Shown here piece by piece: positions 1-12,865 of a stretch of 64,000 nucleotides of DNA; the first letter of the stretch is position 1, and every line of letters starts with the position of its first letter. The position numbers and the translations under genes are program-made. Under the pieces are notes generated by a model. That model worked only from the letters and a program-made list of their open reading frames with translations, had not been told where the DNA came from and searched no databases. The stretch comes from Podarcis liolepis (taxonomy: Eukaryota), in the NCBI GenBank assembly GCA_965112155.1, contig OZ218106.1. One strand, 5' to 3'.

Positions 1-684
1 CAGAGTGGTGTGTACATAGAATAGGCCTGTGGATGTTGTGGTCACATGCTCCAGATGACACATACCTTCTCAGCCAGTTTCACCATGTCATCATCTAAAA
101 CTTAAAAACAACAACAACAACAACGCACTCTATTCAATTTATGGAAATTACTGAGATTCTGGGAGAAGTTAGGAAAATTGTGGGAGAAAATGAGTTGACA
201 ATGTAGCAATGTCAGTATTGAGGTGACACCCCCCCATGCATGTGTTAGGCTCAAGGCAATTGTTCCCCATGCCCTCCTCAAACAAGCCTACCATTCAAAG
301 TGTTTGTGACTATTGAATTCTAGTGGAGAAGGATCTGAAGATATCCTATGGAGCCATAGTAAATTTCAGGGAGTACGTAGTGACAGGTTTCAGTTCTCTG
401 AATGGAATTTCACAAAAAACAACTTAAACAACTCTAGCCGTGAGTGGGCAAAAGGCATTCAGAAAACACTCTTCCCTAAGGCATTTTGCCCTCCTGAACT
501 ACATTCCTTTTAGCAAAATAACAAAAACCTGCAGCAAATCTGACAGTACCTGTACACAGAGAGCCTGGACTTTCCTTCTCCTTTCAGAATAAACACTTTC
601 CTGCTGTTTCGCTCGACTAAGCAAGATACATGTCCCTGGAAGCTTATGTAGACAAACTGCAACACCATTTGATACAGCTCCACG

Positions 685-845
685 GTTATTATGGGAGGCC
701 ATGACATCCCATGGCCTCCTCCGGATGAATACTGAAGTCACCCAGAACTATCATCCTGGGTTCCCTGAATGCCATGCCAGAGATCACCTCAGTAAGGGAT
801 ACTGCTGGGCAACAGGTTCCCAGGTTCAGTTTCAGGTTCAATCTT
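685..845 (-). mobile_element. Degraded L2/CR1-clade LINE endonuclease fragment
   Basis: Minus ORF 689-916 contains PRMIVLGDFSIHPE, resembling the APE-endonuclease 'lvlGDFNih' motif. Confidence 0.55.
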
Positions 846-2671
846 GTGTAGACCGCTGTTTGAAAGCCTAGCAAGTATCTGCCAGCCAGTGGGGAAAGGA
901 CTCTTTTCAGCATCATTGAAGTTCAAGAACACACTTCAGGCAAGCATTCAAGGAGAGTTTGAAACATTCAAGGAGAGTTTGAAGCAGAGCTGGGGAAAGG
1001 TGTGGGTTGGCGAGAGGGTCAGTGTGCATGAAGAAGCGCTATGGCATGTGTAGGGTCCAGAGGACCCAATACAGAGGTCTGCAGGGCCACATTTGGCCGC
1101 CAAGATGACATTCCTCATGCCTGGGATAGAGGCAATACTGAGTAACTTCCTATGTTACTCCAGGTTATGACTTGAACTGGAAAGAGTGTTCATGGTAGGA
1201 GGAATAATAGTAAGTAGGATGGCTTTACCGTTTTCTTGTTGATCTTGTGTTTTATTTTACTGTACTTTTGTACACCACCCTGTGAACTCAGGTTGAAGCT
1301 GGTCCAATAACAACAACAACAGTGCAGCACACTATTCCTCCTGTCTTAGGTTATTCTGTAATGACATAGATCAAGATGCAGTTAAATCTTTAGAAGGTGC
1401 ACTGAGCTTGCAACCCAAATGCTAAGTGTAGGTTCTCCCCATCAATGTCTGCTTTCATGCTGTTGGTAGGGATAGCACAAATGAGCCATGAACAGAAGAC
1501 AGGTTCTGCTAAGGCAGCTCTTGCTAATTAGCAGCCTCCTAATATCTGCGATACTAATGCTAGCCCAAAAAGGGGGGGGGGGTAGGAAGAGAAATACACA
1601 CCTAATTGTTAATGACTGGCTGAGAGAAGTCTGGAAATTAATAATAACTTTTGGTATGATTAAAAGCAAGAAAGGAAATGAATAAGTCATTGTCCAAATG
1701 GAATGTTGTTACATGGAAAGATATGCACATTCTGTTTTGTACTGAAAAATGTAAACACCGCAGAAAATGAATTTTCTGTGTCAATGTGTATTGGTATGTG
1801 GGAGGAAGGGACTCACAAAGGTGGTGTCTGTTTTCACAGTGTTCTGCTCTGGCCCCTTGGAGGTGGTGTGTAGAGCTCAGATGAGAGGAAAGACCGTTCT
1901 CCCTCTGGTCTACTCTTTGACCTTAAAGTACCAATAATATTTTAAAATGTTGTTACTATATTCAGCACACAACGTAGCAGTGTGTCACGTATCATGTTCT
2001 GAAGTGTCTTTCATTATTCTAAAAAGTAGTAAAACCAAGCGCATAATTTTCAAAATAATGTAGATGATATTGATTCAGTAAAGTTATGTGGGTTTTTTAA
2101 AAAATTAAAAATAAAACCTCCACAGTTGTATAAGGTAGCTAACTAATTAAGCATCTTCTTGATATAGATAGTTAGGAGCCAAAGGCTAGCCTTAGGAATA
2201 CTATGTTGGTAATGCACTAGTCCCATCAGAGTTCATTAAAACTCCTGTAGAGAGATTTAATTTTACTCCTCATAGCTGTCAGAAAGGACCAATGAAATAT
2301 ATTCAGTGGCATGTCACAAAAAGTATGTCATCAGTTTCATTTTGAAGCTAAGTCCCAGAGTTGAGCAAATATTTATAAAATGTATGCTTGCTTACCATTA
2401 ACTCCCTTCATTAACTGACTTGTTTCCTGGGATTTCTATTGCCCAAAATGAGAAGGCAGCGTAAGAAAAACTAGCAGATATACCGAGGAAGCCCAAAATA
2501 TTTACGACTATTCCAGGAAACTACACTGAGTAATGTTTTCTTCTTAATAAAGATTCAGGTTTTGTCTAATATGTCAATCTACTTGTTTACATTCAGCCAA
2601 GAAATTTCCACAAAAGGCAGGTACAAGTTTCAAAAGTTCTTGTTCTGAATGTACTAACACTTTACAATGAA

Positions 2672-2884
2672 CAGTGGTACCTCTGGTTACGTACTTAATT
2701 TGTTCCGGAGGTCCATTCATAACCTGAAATTGTTTTTAACCTGAAGCACCACTTTAGCTAATGGGGCCTCCTGCTGCTGCCATGCCACCGGAGCATGATT
2801 TCTGTTCTCATCCTGAAGCAAAGGTACTATTTCTGGGTTAGCGGAGTCTGTAACCTGAAGCGTATGTAACCCGAGGTACCACTG
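2672..2884. mobile_element. Tc1/mariner (pogo/Tigger-like) MITE, family A
   Basis: TIRs CAGTGGTACCTC...GAGGTACCACTG, TA on the right flank; same internal sequence as 8494-8730 and 28513-28754 but in the opposite orientation. Confidence 0.9.
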
Positions 2885-4067
2885 TACATATTTAAATATC
2901 TGTCTTCTTATTACTGACAGACAGAGGTATTGATCTTATGGATAATTACCATCTCATACTATCTAGTATGATCTTCATTTCATTCTGTCTTCCCACCTAT
3001 TTTACATCCACCCACCCAAAAAATCAGTGTTCTGTGGCAACTGAGCATGCTCAATTCTCCTCAAGCTATTTGGGGGGGTCCCCTTTAAATATTTTTGGTA
3101 CTCTTGCAAACTTGGGGTCTCCCAAGCATGCCTCCCTCCTGTTTCTTAGTAACCCCTCTTTTGTCTCTAGTCCTATCAGCACCCACAAACAAATTTTGCT
3201 ATTAGAGGAACTGATATTGCTTTGTTATTGCTGCTATGGGGTCTCAGTCCTTCCTCCCTATATTCTGCCTGTCCTGTACGACTTGAATGGCTATCCTACA
3301 TACCACACACATGACTGGTAGTGAAGGTGATCCTATGCATGCCCTTGCAGAAGTGAATCCCACTGAGGACTTTCTGCCAGGTTGGTGGGTATGCGATTGG
3401 ACCCTCACAGTTTAATCTAGATAGACCTAAGTCCTACAGAATTCAATGGGGCTCACTCTCAGGTCAGTGCAGTTGTGACTGTAGCCAAATCAAATCAAAG
3501 GAGGCTAAGTAAAAACTTGATTGTCAGTTAAATGAGCTAGCGCTTCCAACCTTGTGTTCAGGTCAGGCTCACCTTCCAATAGCAAAGAAAGAAGAGTAAG
3601 AAGATAGTTATGGAACTGATCTGAACCTTTATTGTGTCAATAACATTCCCACTGACAGTGGGAAACAGGGCTCATAAGTGTGCTGCTCACAATGTATGAA
3701 CTGCAACAGTCAGCCATTACCCAATTAAATATCACCATGTTGTCATCAACTATCAAATATTATGAAATTATTAAAGAAGGCTAGCTCATTCAGGCAGATC
3801 TAACTACATTTGAGCATACCTGATTTTGTTTGTACGCTGAAACTTGCATCTTCACTGGCAGGCAGGCAGCAGGACATAAAGCAGCTTCTGCAGTTCCAGA
3901 GTAATCCCCGCAGTTGTTCCAAAATGCCTTCAGTGCTGCTGTTACTGCTCTGGCCATGCAGCAATTCAGGAAGCCCACTCACTGCCTTATGGGTGAGGCC
4001 TTCCTATGCCAGTTATCAAAGCATTAAACAGTCACTCTTCCAACAGGGGAGGAGGAGGAGGAGCTCA

Positions 4068-4330
4068 GCAATTGAGTACCTGCTTTGTGTGAAAAAGGCC
4101 TCAGGGTCAAACCCTGGTATCTCCAGATAGGAATGGGAATGATACCTTTCTGACATTCTGGCGACCCACTGCTGGTCAGGTTTGTAAGAGCATGAGAATA
4201 ATCTGCTGGATCAGGCCAGTGGTCTATCTAGTCTAGCACCCTGTGCTCAAAGTGGCCAGCCTATGTCACTATGTCAAAAATACAAAGCTAGATGGATTGA
4301 GGGGCTAAATCAGCAGAATGCAGCATCCAT
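4068..4330 (+). mobile_element. Degraded tRNA-derived SINE, apparently interrupted by a CR1-type 3' fragment (~4183-4260)
   Basis: tRNA-like head (gagctcagcaattgagtacc...gggtcaaaccctggtatctcca) with A/B-box-like spacing; ctgctggatcaggccagtggtctatctagtc resembles CR1 3' ends. Confidence 0.5.
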
Positions 4331-4599
4331 GTCCTCAAGTCTCCCATGCTCTCTCTCTACTTCTGCTACAGTGGGCAACATGTTTCTTATCCTTGACTGC
4401 CATTGCAAAACCATAAAATACAAAATGTAGTTTGTCAACATAACTCATCGGTGCACTTGTATGTCTGCTTGACTTGGAACAAAATTATTGATCTGATTCA
4501 TGTCAAAACATTTCTTGAAGACTTTTCAAGTCAAAAAGGAACTTAACAGGATTTCAAGATGTTCACTAAAAGTTGTCAATACCCTGTAGTTTCCACAAG

Positions 4600-4769
4600 G
4601 GAATGCTGGTTTTTGTTAACAGAGGACTATTCAGGCTCCCCCCCCCAGCCAGAACTCACTGGAGCTCAGCTCTGGCCCCTCTTAGGTGGACCCCATTGCC
4701 ATTCTAAGAGAACAAGGGAGAAGTTCATGGTGAGCTCCAGCACCTCTTTCTCTAGAAAAATAACACTGG
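4600..4769. mobile_element. Short non-autonomous DNA element, copy 1
   Basis: Shares ccattgccattctaagagaacaaggga..gttcatggtgag..ccagcacctcttt...aaaata.ca with 55565-55782. Confidence 0.7.
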
Positions 4770-5793
4770 GAATATTGATAGTGCACCCAATTTCTTTTTC
4801 TGACTGACAACGTGTTTGCTACTGCATCAGACCAAAGGTCCTTCTACCCAGTATCCCATTTCCCACAGGCTGCCTCTGCAAAGACCACAAACAGGGGAAT
4901 GAACAGAAGACATTGTCTTCCTCCAGTTGCCTCACCAGACGGTGGTTTCCCATGGTGAACTTATCTTTTAGAGTCATCAAAGCTAGTAGTCATTACCATA
5001 TATTCTGGTAGAGAGTTCCATAAATTATGTGTGGCATGAAGGAGAGCTTGCCTTGCCTGTCTTGAAGATTTATTAACTTTTGGTATCACTAGAAATAAAA
5101 CATTTCTTTATGCAGCATACCCAGTGCACAATTAAGAACTTCACCACTGTGGGAGAATTCTACAGGAGAAGGAAGGGCAATATTTTCTTCAACATTAGGA
5201 AATCTAATAAGAGGGTATGGTCAGATGAACCCTTTCATACATAGGGCTGGGCAAGAGTTTTGATTTAGTTTCTATTTAAAAGCAAACCCTCTTCATTAGC
5301 ACTTCCCAAAACAATATAAGAACAAAGATACGACAATTCTCTAAGATTTTCCAAATGTTGCTATTCTCCAGCCAAGTAATGTGTAAAAATATATATGCAT
5401 GTACTGGGTCAAACTGTGCACACAAATGTGGATATTAATAAAAAAAACAACCTGCCCAAGGCCCCCAAGACATAATGTTATGGGAAACTGTTCTACAAAA
5501 ATTTGTATATTAGGCAAAATTGTAGGGGGGAATGCACTAAAATGCCAATGGATTTTCATGCAGTCTTTTTGAATAAATAAACCACGAACTGAAATGGACA
5601 GATTCATCAATTTTTAGACACATTTTAAGGTGAATACTTGAGGCGAGTCATGTAGTCCTGCCCTCTGTCACTAAGCCCAAGAGCCATGCCTCCTGCTATC
5701 AACCTGCACATAATTCATCTTTGCCCAAGATTCCCTTGCAGGGAGCAGCTCCATGTTGATTTTGATTTAATATGACAGCTTTCCAGCAACCTT

Positions 5794-6293
5794 GGCGCCC
5801 ATCTGCACTATACATTTAAATCAGTATCATGCCACTTTAAACAGCCATGGCTTCCTGCAAAGAATCCTGGGAAATGCAGTTTGTAAAGGGTGCTGAGAGA
5901 GGTTAGGAGAGACTTTGATTTCCTTCCCACAGCTACAATTCCCAGAGTTCCCAATGAAGAGGGATTGACTGTTAAACCACACTGAAAGGGGAATTCTTTG
6001 CGGGGAGCCATGCCTGTTCTCCTTTAAATGTATAATGATTCTGCTTTAAAAATATATAGTCGTACCTCGGCTCCTGAATGCCTTGGGAGTCAAACCTTCT
6101 GGGTTCCGGTTTTTGAACATTCTTTTGGAAGCCGAACGTCTGACGGGGCTTCTGCAGCTTCTGATTGGCTGCAGGAGCTTCCTGCAGCCAATCAGAAGCT
6201 GTGATTTTGAAATTGAGCATTTTGGAAGTCGAACAGACTTCTGGAATGGATTCTGTTTGACTTCCGAGGTACGACTGTACTGCAGATGGGGTC
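5794..6293. mobile_element. Palindromic MITE-like repeat hosting a nested Tc1/mariner MITE
   Basis: Ends cccatctgca...tgcagatggg are inverted; the body (aagaatcctgggaa..tgcagttt..aagggtgc) is similar to ~10000-10170. Confidence 0.6.
6057..6277. mobile_element. Tc1/mariner MITE, family B
   Basis: TIRs (T/C)AGTCGTACCTCGG...CCGAGGTACGACTG with TA on both flanks; central palindrome cagcttctgattggctgcagga/tcctgcagccaatcagaagctg. Confidence 0.85.
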
Positions 6294-7607
6294 TAAGTTG
6301 AGCTCCATGCTGCTCACAACAGTAGCAAAACTTTAACTACTTTTCCTGATACCAAAGAAACATACAATAAAAGCACAGTGCAGGAATCAAAACCATATAA
6401 AAGGGCAAAATCACCAAACACATTGGTGCATGTGGCTGGCATGTGAAGACGAGTAATTGCTTGAACATCCCTCAAAGGACATGATAAGGATACACTGAAG
6501 TTTCTGCTTGTGCAAAGCTCTGTCTGTGTATCTTGCAGAGCTTTGGATCCCAGCTCTACAAAACGGCACATGTCGCCACCAGCACGGCATATCTAACTAG
6601 TCTGAAACGAATGCCATAACAGAGAATGCTGCTGACCATTTTAAATAGCTTTCTTTCTTTGCCGTCTGGAGCCGCTAATTTTGTAACTGCACAGATGGTG
6701 CATAAAAAGAATCTGATGACACCTTGGTTATTTGTTAAAAAGTGCGGCTAAAGAGTCTTTCCTACTCCATTCAATCACATATGTAACTATGATCTTAGGA
6801 CAAAGATAGAAGACAGAGCCTTTTGGATCCCCAATGGGTATTAATAGATATTCTAAATTCAGAGCTTTCGTTTCACTAACTATGGCCTAAGGCGGTAATA
6901 AATCATTTTCAAACAGTGCACTGAATAAAAGATAAGTACAAATATCACTAGGATCAATAGCCTGGGGTTTTATCATTGTACTATAATTACCAACATAATT
7001 TAGCTCTAATGCTATCTAAAATTGAGTTTAATTACCTAAAGGGAACTGAACAATGGGACAGAGCACATAAGCTAAAAGTTATTTCTGACAAAGTAGACCC
7101 ACAGCTGGAAATATTTCGTAACCCGTTTAGACATTTCAAGAGCTACTTGAATTCACATTGCCATTTTCAAAGCGCAGATGCAGCAAAGGGTAAAGAATTA
7201 GCTCTTTAGCTTCTAAACATTTGGACAGGGGAGGGGGGAGAATGTATTTGCCATGCCTATTAATGATCCTTCCCCATTCAAGATTTCACATTTTAATGTC
7301 AGCTATTCAGTCCATGAAAATCCCACAAGGAGTTTCATTAGCCGAAAGGAGAAGCGGGGGTAGGGAGTAGGAGAAATCCTTTTATTATTCCATTAGTAGA
7401 TATTCCCTGTTCTGCTCCATCACACCACAATCCAGACCTGAAAAGGCCATCTTTTCTAGGGATAACAGAGTAATTGAGTCCCCATTCTCATCTTAGCAAA
7501 GACGGAGCACTGTGCCAAACAGTTAAAGGGGTTTATTCATGCAACCATCTAACCGAAGCTCAACTGAGACCACAATGCCTGTTTCAATTTCCCTCCATGA
7601 GTGGAGC

Positions 7608-7608
7608 C

Positions 7609-7644
<36 letters not shown>

Positions 7645-7656
7645 AATAAAGAAAGA
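7608..7656. repeat. (GAAA)n microsatellite
   Basis: Directly visible. Confidence 0.95.
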
Positions 7657-7984
7657 ATCAGGATTGTGGGTTTTTTTGTTTTTGTTTTTAAAGTTGGTGA
7701 TTTTCTCATAATGTACATAATATACTTTTTTTTTTCAAAAACACAAGTTGTGTTCCAGGACACAAGTATCACTTTAGCAACATGTTCTGTACTTTTCCCA
7801 AAACCTATATTCCCTCTCTACAGTTTTCCGCAGATATGATTGTACTGGGAGAATAACCTCAGTCACAGCTTGAGTAAAGTTATTGAAATTTATTTATTTT
7901 TTACTAAATTTGAAAACTTCACTGTTATATTTCCATCATATAATTTAATCTGGTAACAATAAAAGCATCATGACTCAAGTTGCT

Positions 7985-8113
7985 TTATGTTTTGGGAAGC
8001 TTTTAACGTTTGATGCTTTATTATGTTTTTATATGTGTTGGAAGCTGCCCAGAGTGGCTGGGGCAATGCAGCCAAATGAGTGAGATATAACAAAGTCATC
8101 ATCAATATCATCA
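7985..8113 (+). mobile_element. L2-type LINE 3' tail fragment ending in a short (ATC) tail
   Basis: gaagctgcccagagtggctggggcaa... followed by simple repeat; similar to 63870-63944. Confidence 0.5.
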
Positions 8114-8236
8114 TTTGCGTTTGCCTGAATTTCGACTGAATGGAGGCGCAGTTATGCTTAAGAAAAAAATGCAGGCTCCCAGGACAAGGGGATAACCATA
8201 TATACTAGCCTGGTCTTCTTGGAGGAAGAATAGGAT

Positions 8237-8239
<3 letters not shown>

Positions 8240-8282
<43 letters not shown>
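8240..8282. repeat. (GT)n microsatellite
   Basis: Directly visible. Confidence 0.95.
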
Positions 8283-8284
<2 letters not shown>

Positions 8285-8493
8285 CATTTTTTCCTTGTAG
8301 AGAGAAATAGAACTGTACGCATGGTATTGCATCAGAGTTTAATCACAGGGAAGTACCCAAAAGAGTCAAATGAGGTAGTATCTTCTCCCAAGCTAGTTGG
8401 AGTGATGTTTAAGATGCATTCCTATACATGGAATAAGTCCCTTTGAACTTAATGCATCTCACTTCTGGGTAGCTGGCACAGAATTTCCCTGTA

Positions 8494-8730
8494 CAGTGGT
8501 ACCTCAGGTTACAGATGCTTCAGGTTACAGACTCCGCTAACCCAGAAATAGTACTTCGGGTTAAGAACTTTGCTTCAGGATGAGAAGAGAAATCACACGG
8601 CAGCGGCACAGCAGCGGCACGGCAGCGGCGGGAGGCCTCATTAGATAAAGTGGTACCTCGGGTTAAGAACAGTTTCAGGTTAAGAACAGACCTCCAGAAC
8701 GAATTAAGTTCTTAACCCGAGGTACCACTG
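8494..8730. mobile_element. Tc1/mariner MITE, family A
   Basis: TA|CAGTGGTACCTC...GAGGTACCACTG|TA. Confidence 0.92.
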
Positions 8731-9391
8731 TAGTAGAAAGCATAATGTTGAACAGCACCCTATGCATCAGCTGAAACTGGGAAAGATCCCCATGTAATAA
8801 ATAAAGCACTTTATAAGATACATGTGATTGCAGACTACCTGTAACTGGATGAGAAGTAGGATGGCCATAGTTTGCGTACTGCAACTAGTTCCTACCACCT
8901 TAGATAAAAATTCAGGGGGCCTAGAAAATGCAATATTCAGGTTCAATGAAAAATCACATTTCTGCAACAATTACAAAAGACTCTATGATGGGTTGTTTTC
9001 CAAACTGCAAATATTCTCAGTTCCCAGCTGTATATTTCACATAACTTTAAAGATATGCTTCGTTTATCACCAAAGTACTACACATTTCATCTGAAAAGAG
9101 AAGCGTGTGGCATCTATAATAGTTTAGATGGATAGTTCATAAAATTGAAAGGGGAAAAAATCCACAGTATGGCGTATCCCTGGTGGAGTCATCATTTTAA
9201 GGTTTTTTTTTTCTTTTCCCCAAGGATAATCTCTACTGGGGGTGGATGGAATCCTTGTACTTTCTTGAAACATGGATCTATCCATACAAGTCGCTTATGA
9301 AAAAAGCCTGTATATTTCATTCCTCATGAGCACAGATGATTCCTGTGGCTGAAAGCTTTATGTATATCACTAAACAGACACTAAAGCCTAC

Positions 9392-9488
9392 TTAATGGTC
9401 CGTATCTGAAGGCTTGAGGATGTCAGATGCTATACTGTCATAATAACTTTCCCATCTAAGATTAGAGCAGCTACATTCCTGTACTGTG
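9392..9488 (-). other. Candidate exon of unidentified gene (TVQECSCSNLRWESYYDSIASDILKPSDTDH*)
   Basis: Pyrimidine tract ttgcttgctttttctttcacaaag followed by a short open frame; no homology confirmed. Confidence 0.2.
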
Positions 9489-9700
9489 CTTTGTGAAAGA
9501 AAAAGCAAGCAAGCAAGAATCACAACAGAGGAATTCTCAGGCTCCATGACTCGGAGCAGCGATATACCCAGATGCTGCTTATGTGGCATATAACCACATA
9601 GTTAAATGGGCAGAAAGGGTAGACATTGACAGCCATGGTGCAGAAGAAACCACAGAAATGGCAGCAACAAGACCTCTTCCAATAACCCATGTTACATGGG

Positions 9701-9971
9701 CAGGGGCAGAGGAAGGGGAGCGGTGGGGGTGGTATGCCCCAGCTGTCACCACTGAGGGGGGGGGGTGACAAAATGCCAGGTGGCACTCACCGTGGGGCCT
9801 GCAGTGCGCCCGAGCCATAGGGCGGCTGAGTGGGACGAGGCAGGCAGACTCCTCAGAGGCCCCGTGGAGCAACCTGCCCTTGCTTGCCCCTCACTGCAGG
9901 CGGCTGACCCTGCCCCTGGGCACAGGGCACACGCGCTGCCCCGGGTGTCCGATCAGCTTGCTCCGCCACTG
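9701..9971. mobile_element. hAT-type MITE (271 bp)
   Basis: Imperfect TIRs CAGGGGCAGAGGAAG / CTTGCTCCGCCACTG; 8-bp TSD tacatggg (9693-9700) / tgcatggg (9972-9979); GC-rich. Confidence 0.8.
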
Positions 9972-9999
9972 TGCATGGGCCCCTGCTCTGATCTTACTC

Positions 10000-10170
10000 T
10001 GGCTGTGTACACACATTTAAGGCAAAGTCAAAACCCATTCCACACCCTGCCAAAGAATCGGGGAACTGTAGCTTAAGGGTGCCGGGAATTGCAGGTCTGT
10101 GAGCCAAAAGCTAGAGTTTCCTCGATTCTTTGTGAGGGGGTGTACTTTAACTGTACGGTGTGTATGCAGC
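10000..10170. mobile_element. MITE-like interspersed repeat related to 5794-6293
   Basis: ggctgtgtacac...gtgtgtatgcagcc inverted ends; aaagaatc.gggaactgtag..taagggtg core. Confidence 0.55.
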
Positions 10171-10232
10171 CTCTGTCTTGTCTCCTTCCAGCTGTTCCAG
10201 CTTTCTGTGTCATACATGAACATGATTAGCTG

Positions 10233-10300
10233 TGATTCCTGCAGTGCAGAGGGTTGGACTAGATGGCCCTTGGTTTCCTCGCAATTCTATAATTCTGTGA
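10233..10300 (+). mobile_element. CR1 LINE 3' end fragment
   Basis: ttcctgcagtgcagagggttggactagatggccc...ttctataattctgtga: typical CR1 3' UTR and (ATTCTRTG)-like tail. Confidence 0.7.
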
Positions 10301-10457
10301 ATTTTTCATGTAGAGTTTCAGGTAGCCTGAAGACTTGCGGATTGATGGTCAAGGCTGAGGAATGGCTGGCAGTCTGAGCTGAGTCACAGACAAGTTTTGG
10401 AGGGCCCTTGAGCAAGACTCCATGGTTTTCCCTTGCTCTGTGAACCTACGCTTGAGG

Positions 10458-10501
10458 TTATAACAATTATGGAAACTTTAATAAAAATTTATTAAAAAAA
10501 A
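10458..10501 (+). mobile_element. 44-bp poly(A)-ended retro-insertion with 16-bp TSD
   Basis: gaacctacgcttgagg at 10442-10457 and 10502-10517 flanks an insert with AATAAA and an A tail. Confidence 0.8.
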
Positions 10502-12571
10502 GAACCTACGCTTGAGGATACAGTGGTTACATTTGGATTTTTGGTCTCCAGTCACAAAACAGCTGCTGTGGAGCGTGGTATATTACAAATTGGATGCCAT
10601 TAGGGCATGGTGTAATGCAGAATGAATATTTACTGAGACCTTTCACTAGTGCTATAGGGGGTACTGGCAGGCAAACTGACACCTGTGGATGATATGTTGG
10701 CAACTCCTCTAATGGGGTGCTTGGGGTGGATATAGACACGGGGGGGATGCTATAAATAAATCAGAAATTAGATCGTTATAGCAAAAGAAAGAAATCCCTA
10801 TGGAAAACCGAGTTCTAAAATTTCCTGCTCTCTGGTGCCATCTGGTGCCCATGTTTATAGCACAAGTCGCCCATGTTTAACAGCACAAGTCGCTGTTTCT
10901 TCACTAATGTAGCTGAGTCCCCTGAATACACTGATGATTCAGGACATGGTGATGAACCACTTCACCCAAAAGCTTGAAGATTAGGATGACCCGCTGGTAG
11001 CTATAAAGGCCCATTATGTACAAGTGTCTGCTTGAACACAGTGTTCAGGCATCGCAGTGTAAAACTGTGGATGGGGAAGTGGTGCACCCACACCCTAAGG
11101 GCCCACCACTGACTTATTAGGGTTTATAATAATGAGGAATCTTTCCAAGTGTGTTCAGCTGAACGTGCTTTAAACCCGTCTTCAGTCCTGCGTGATAGTT
11201 TCATGAAGATATGAAGAGCAACTCAAGTGCCTGAGGATGTTGGATGTGTGCACCCTTGCCCCATGTGTGTTAACTGTTTTGCATGTTCAGGCAAGTGCCT
11301 GAACACAGCTATTTTCAGCTTGTTATATAGTGCTAACTCATTGGCTGATGATATGTCTGTGCATGTTCACATTCTCTGCCTTTGGCTAGTGGAGTTAGGC
11401 TGCCCGTAATGGCCATGCAAAAGATGGGGAACTGCATGGAGCTCAGTAGCAGGCCCAAGGCAGAATATCTACTCATCAAAGCAGCACACCCCAAGAGACC
11501 AATGTGCAGCTTCATTAAACTCAAAGGGGGATGTTCTTAGAAGATGCAATGTACCCTAGAGTGTGAACTGTTGGCAATTGTTGACTTTTATGCTTTCAAA
11601 AGTCACTAGTATCCATCTCTTTTGGTTTTTAATTACCACATTAACCTTTCATCTCTTGACTTTTTAAAAAAGACTTACTAGATCATGTTTCTGGTTATTA
11701 ACTTCTATCGTGTACAGTAGAACTTTGTCTTATAAGGCTTATTTCTGTTCATAAGTCAGGTAGCTTGCTGCCTTAATATATCATCTTCATTTTCTCCTCT
11801 AACTAGGTACATTCTTGCCACTCATATATTCATAAAATATAATTTAAATACGATTCCATTTAGCTCTGGGTTTTTAATGACCTTTCCTACAATACGCTTC
11901 ATATTCATATTTCTTTTGTCGCAATGACATTTTTCCCGCATAAGCATTGCTACCACAGTAAATAATGGGTAAAGAGACTGAGCTTCCTACAAACTAATCA
12001 TCAGTGGAGTACTGATTAATTTCTATGGACCACTTATCAAGCAATGACAGAGTATTGCTGGAACAACCACTTTCAACCATACTTCTGTTACCTTGATATA
12101 TTGGAGCATATAGACATGTTAAATTTGCAGGTCCCTGCACCCTACCTCAGCCGTGATCCATGATATGGCCACTTAAGACCAACGCGGAATTCTATAACCT
12201 AGTTGTAGTATTTGGCTAACAGTGGCCTAAAAGTGTGTGGCTAGATTACGATATGGCAGGCTCACATTTTCAAAATGCCTTTCAACCACTACATCTTATA
12301 AAGTAGGGATGGGGAACCTTTGGCTCTGCAGGTGTTGGGCAGCAGATCCAGCCTCCAAGGAGTACATTGCCTGCTGTTGCTGCAACTGCACTCATCCCTT
12401 GTCCCCAGAGTAAATCTTCACTCCCCTTGTGTTCCTGATGTACATCTTTATTCCCCCTCCTTGTTCCTGGTGTAGGTATTCACTCACCCCTTCTTTTCCA
12501 GTGGGTGGGAGGCACCATTTTGTAAAGGCTTTGGCCATGGTGGCTGGGACTGATGGGAGCTGGATTCTTGA

Positions 12572-12865
12572 GGAAAAGTAAAGTAAAGCACCCCTGGATG
12601 GTTAAGTCTAGTCAAAGGCGACCATGGGGTGGGATGCTCACCTCACTTCTCAGGCCGAGGGAGCTGGTGTTTGTCCACAGACAGCTTTTCCAGGTCATGT
12701 GGCCAGCATGACCACACTGCTACTGGTACACAGAGCACCATGATGAGTGTCAGAGTGCACTGAAATGGGAGCTCACCCTGTTGCACAGATTTGAACTGCC
12801 GACCTTACGATTGGCAAGCCCAAGAGGCTTGGTAGTTTGGACCACAGCGCCACCCGTGACCCCCT
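12572..12865 (-). mobile_element. Sauria SINE (internally deleted) nested in a short hAT-like repeat
   Basis: Homologous to 44426-44796; TSD tggattcttga (12561-12571) / tggactcttga (12866-12876). Confidence 0.88.

Noticed and set aside
945-983. 20-bp tandem duplication cattcaaggagagtttgaa
   Set aside because: Two copies only; ordinary slippage, not an array.
8111-8156. Acceptor-led minus frame ITAPPFSRNSGKRK*
   Set aside because: Very short, and its stop coincides with the simple-repeat tail of the adjacent LINE fragment.
9392-9488. Resemblance of V.EC....WES...PSDT to the 5-HT4(b) receptor (HTR4) alternative C-terminal tail
   Set aside because: The match is short and gapped, and no GPCR exon or other recognisable HTR4 tail was found in the window, so no gene symbol is assigned.
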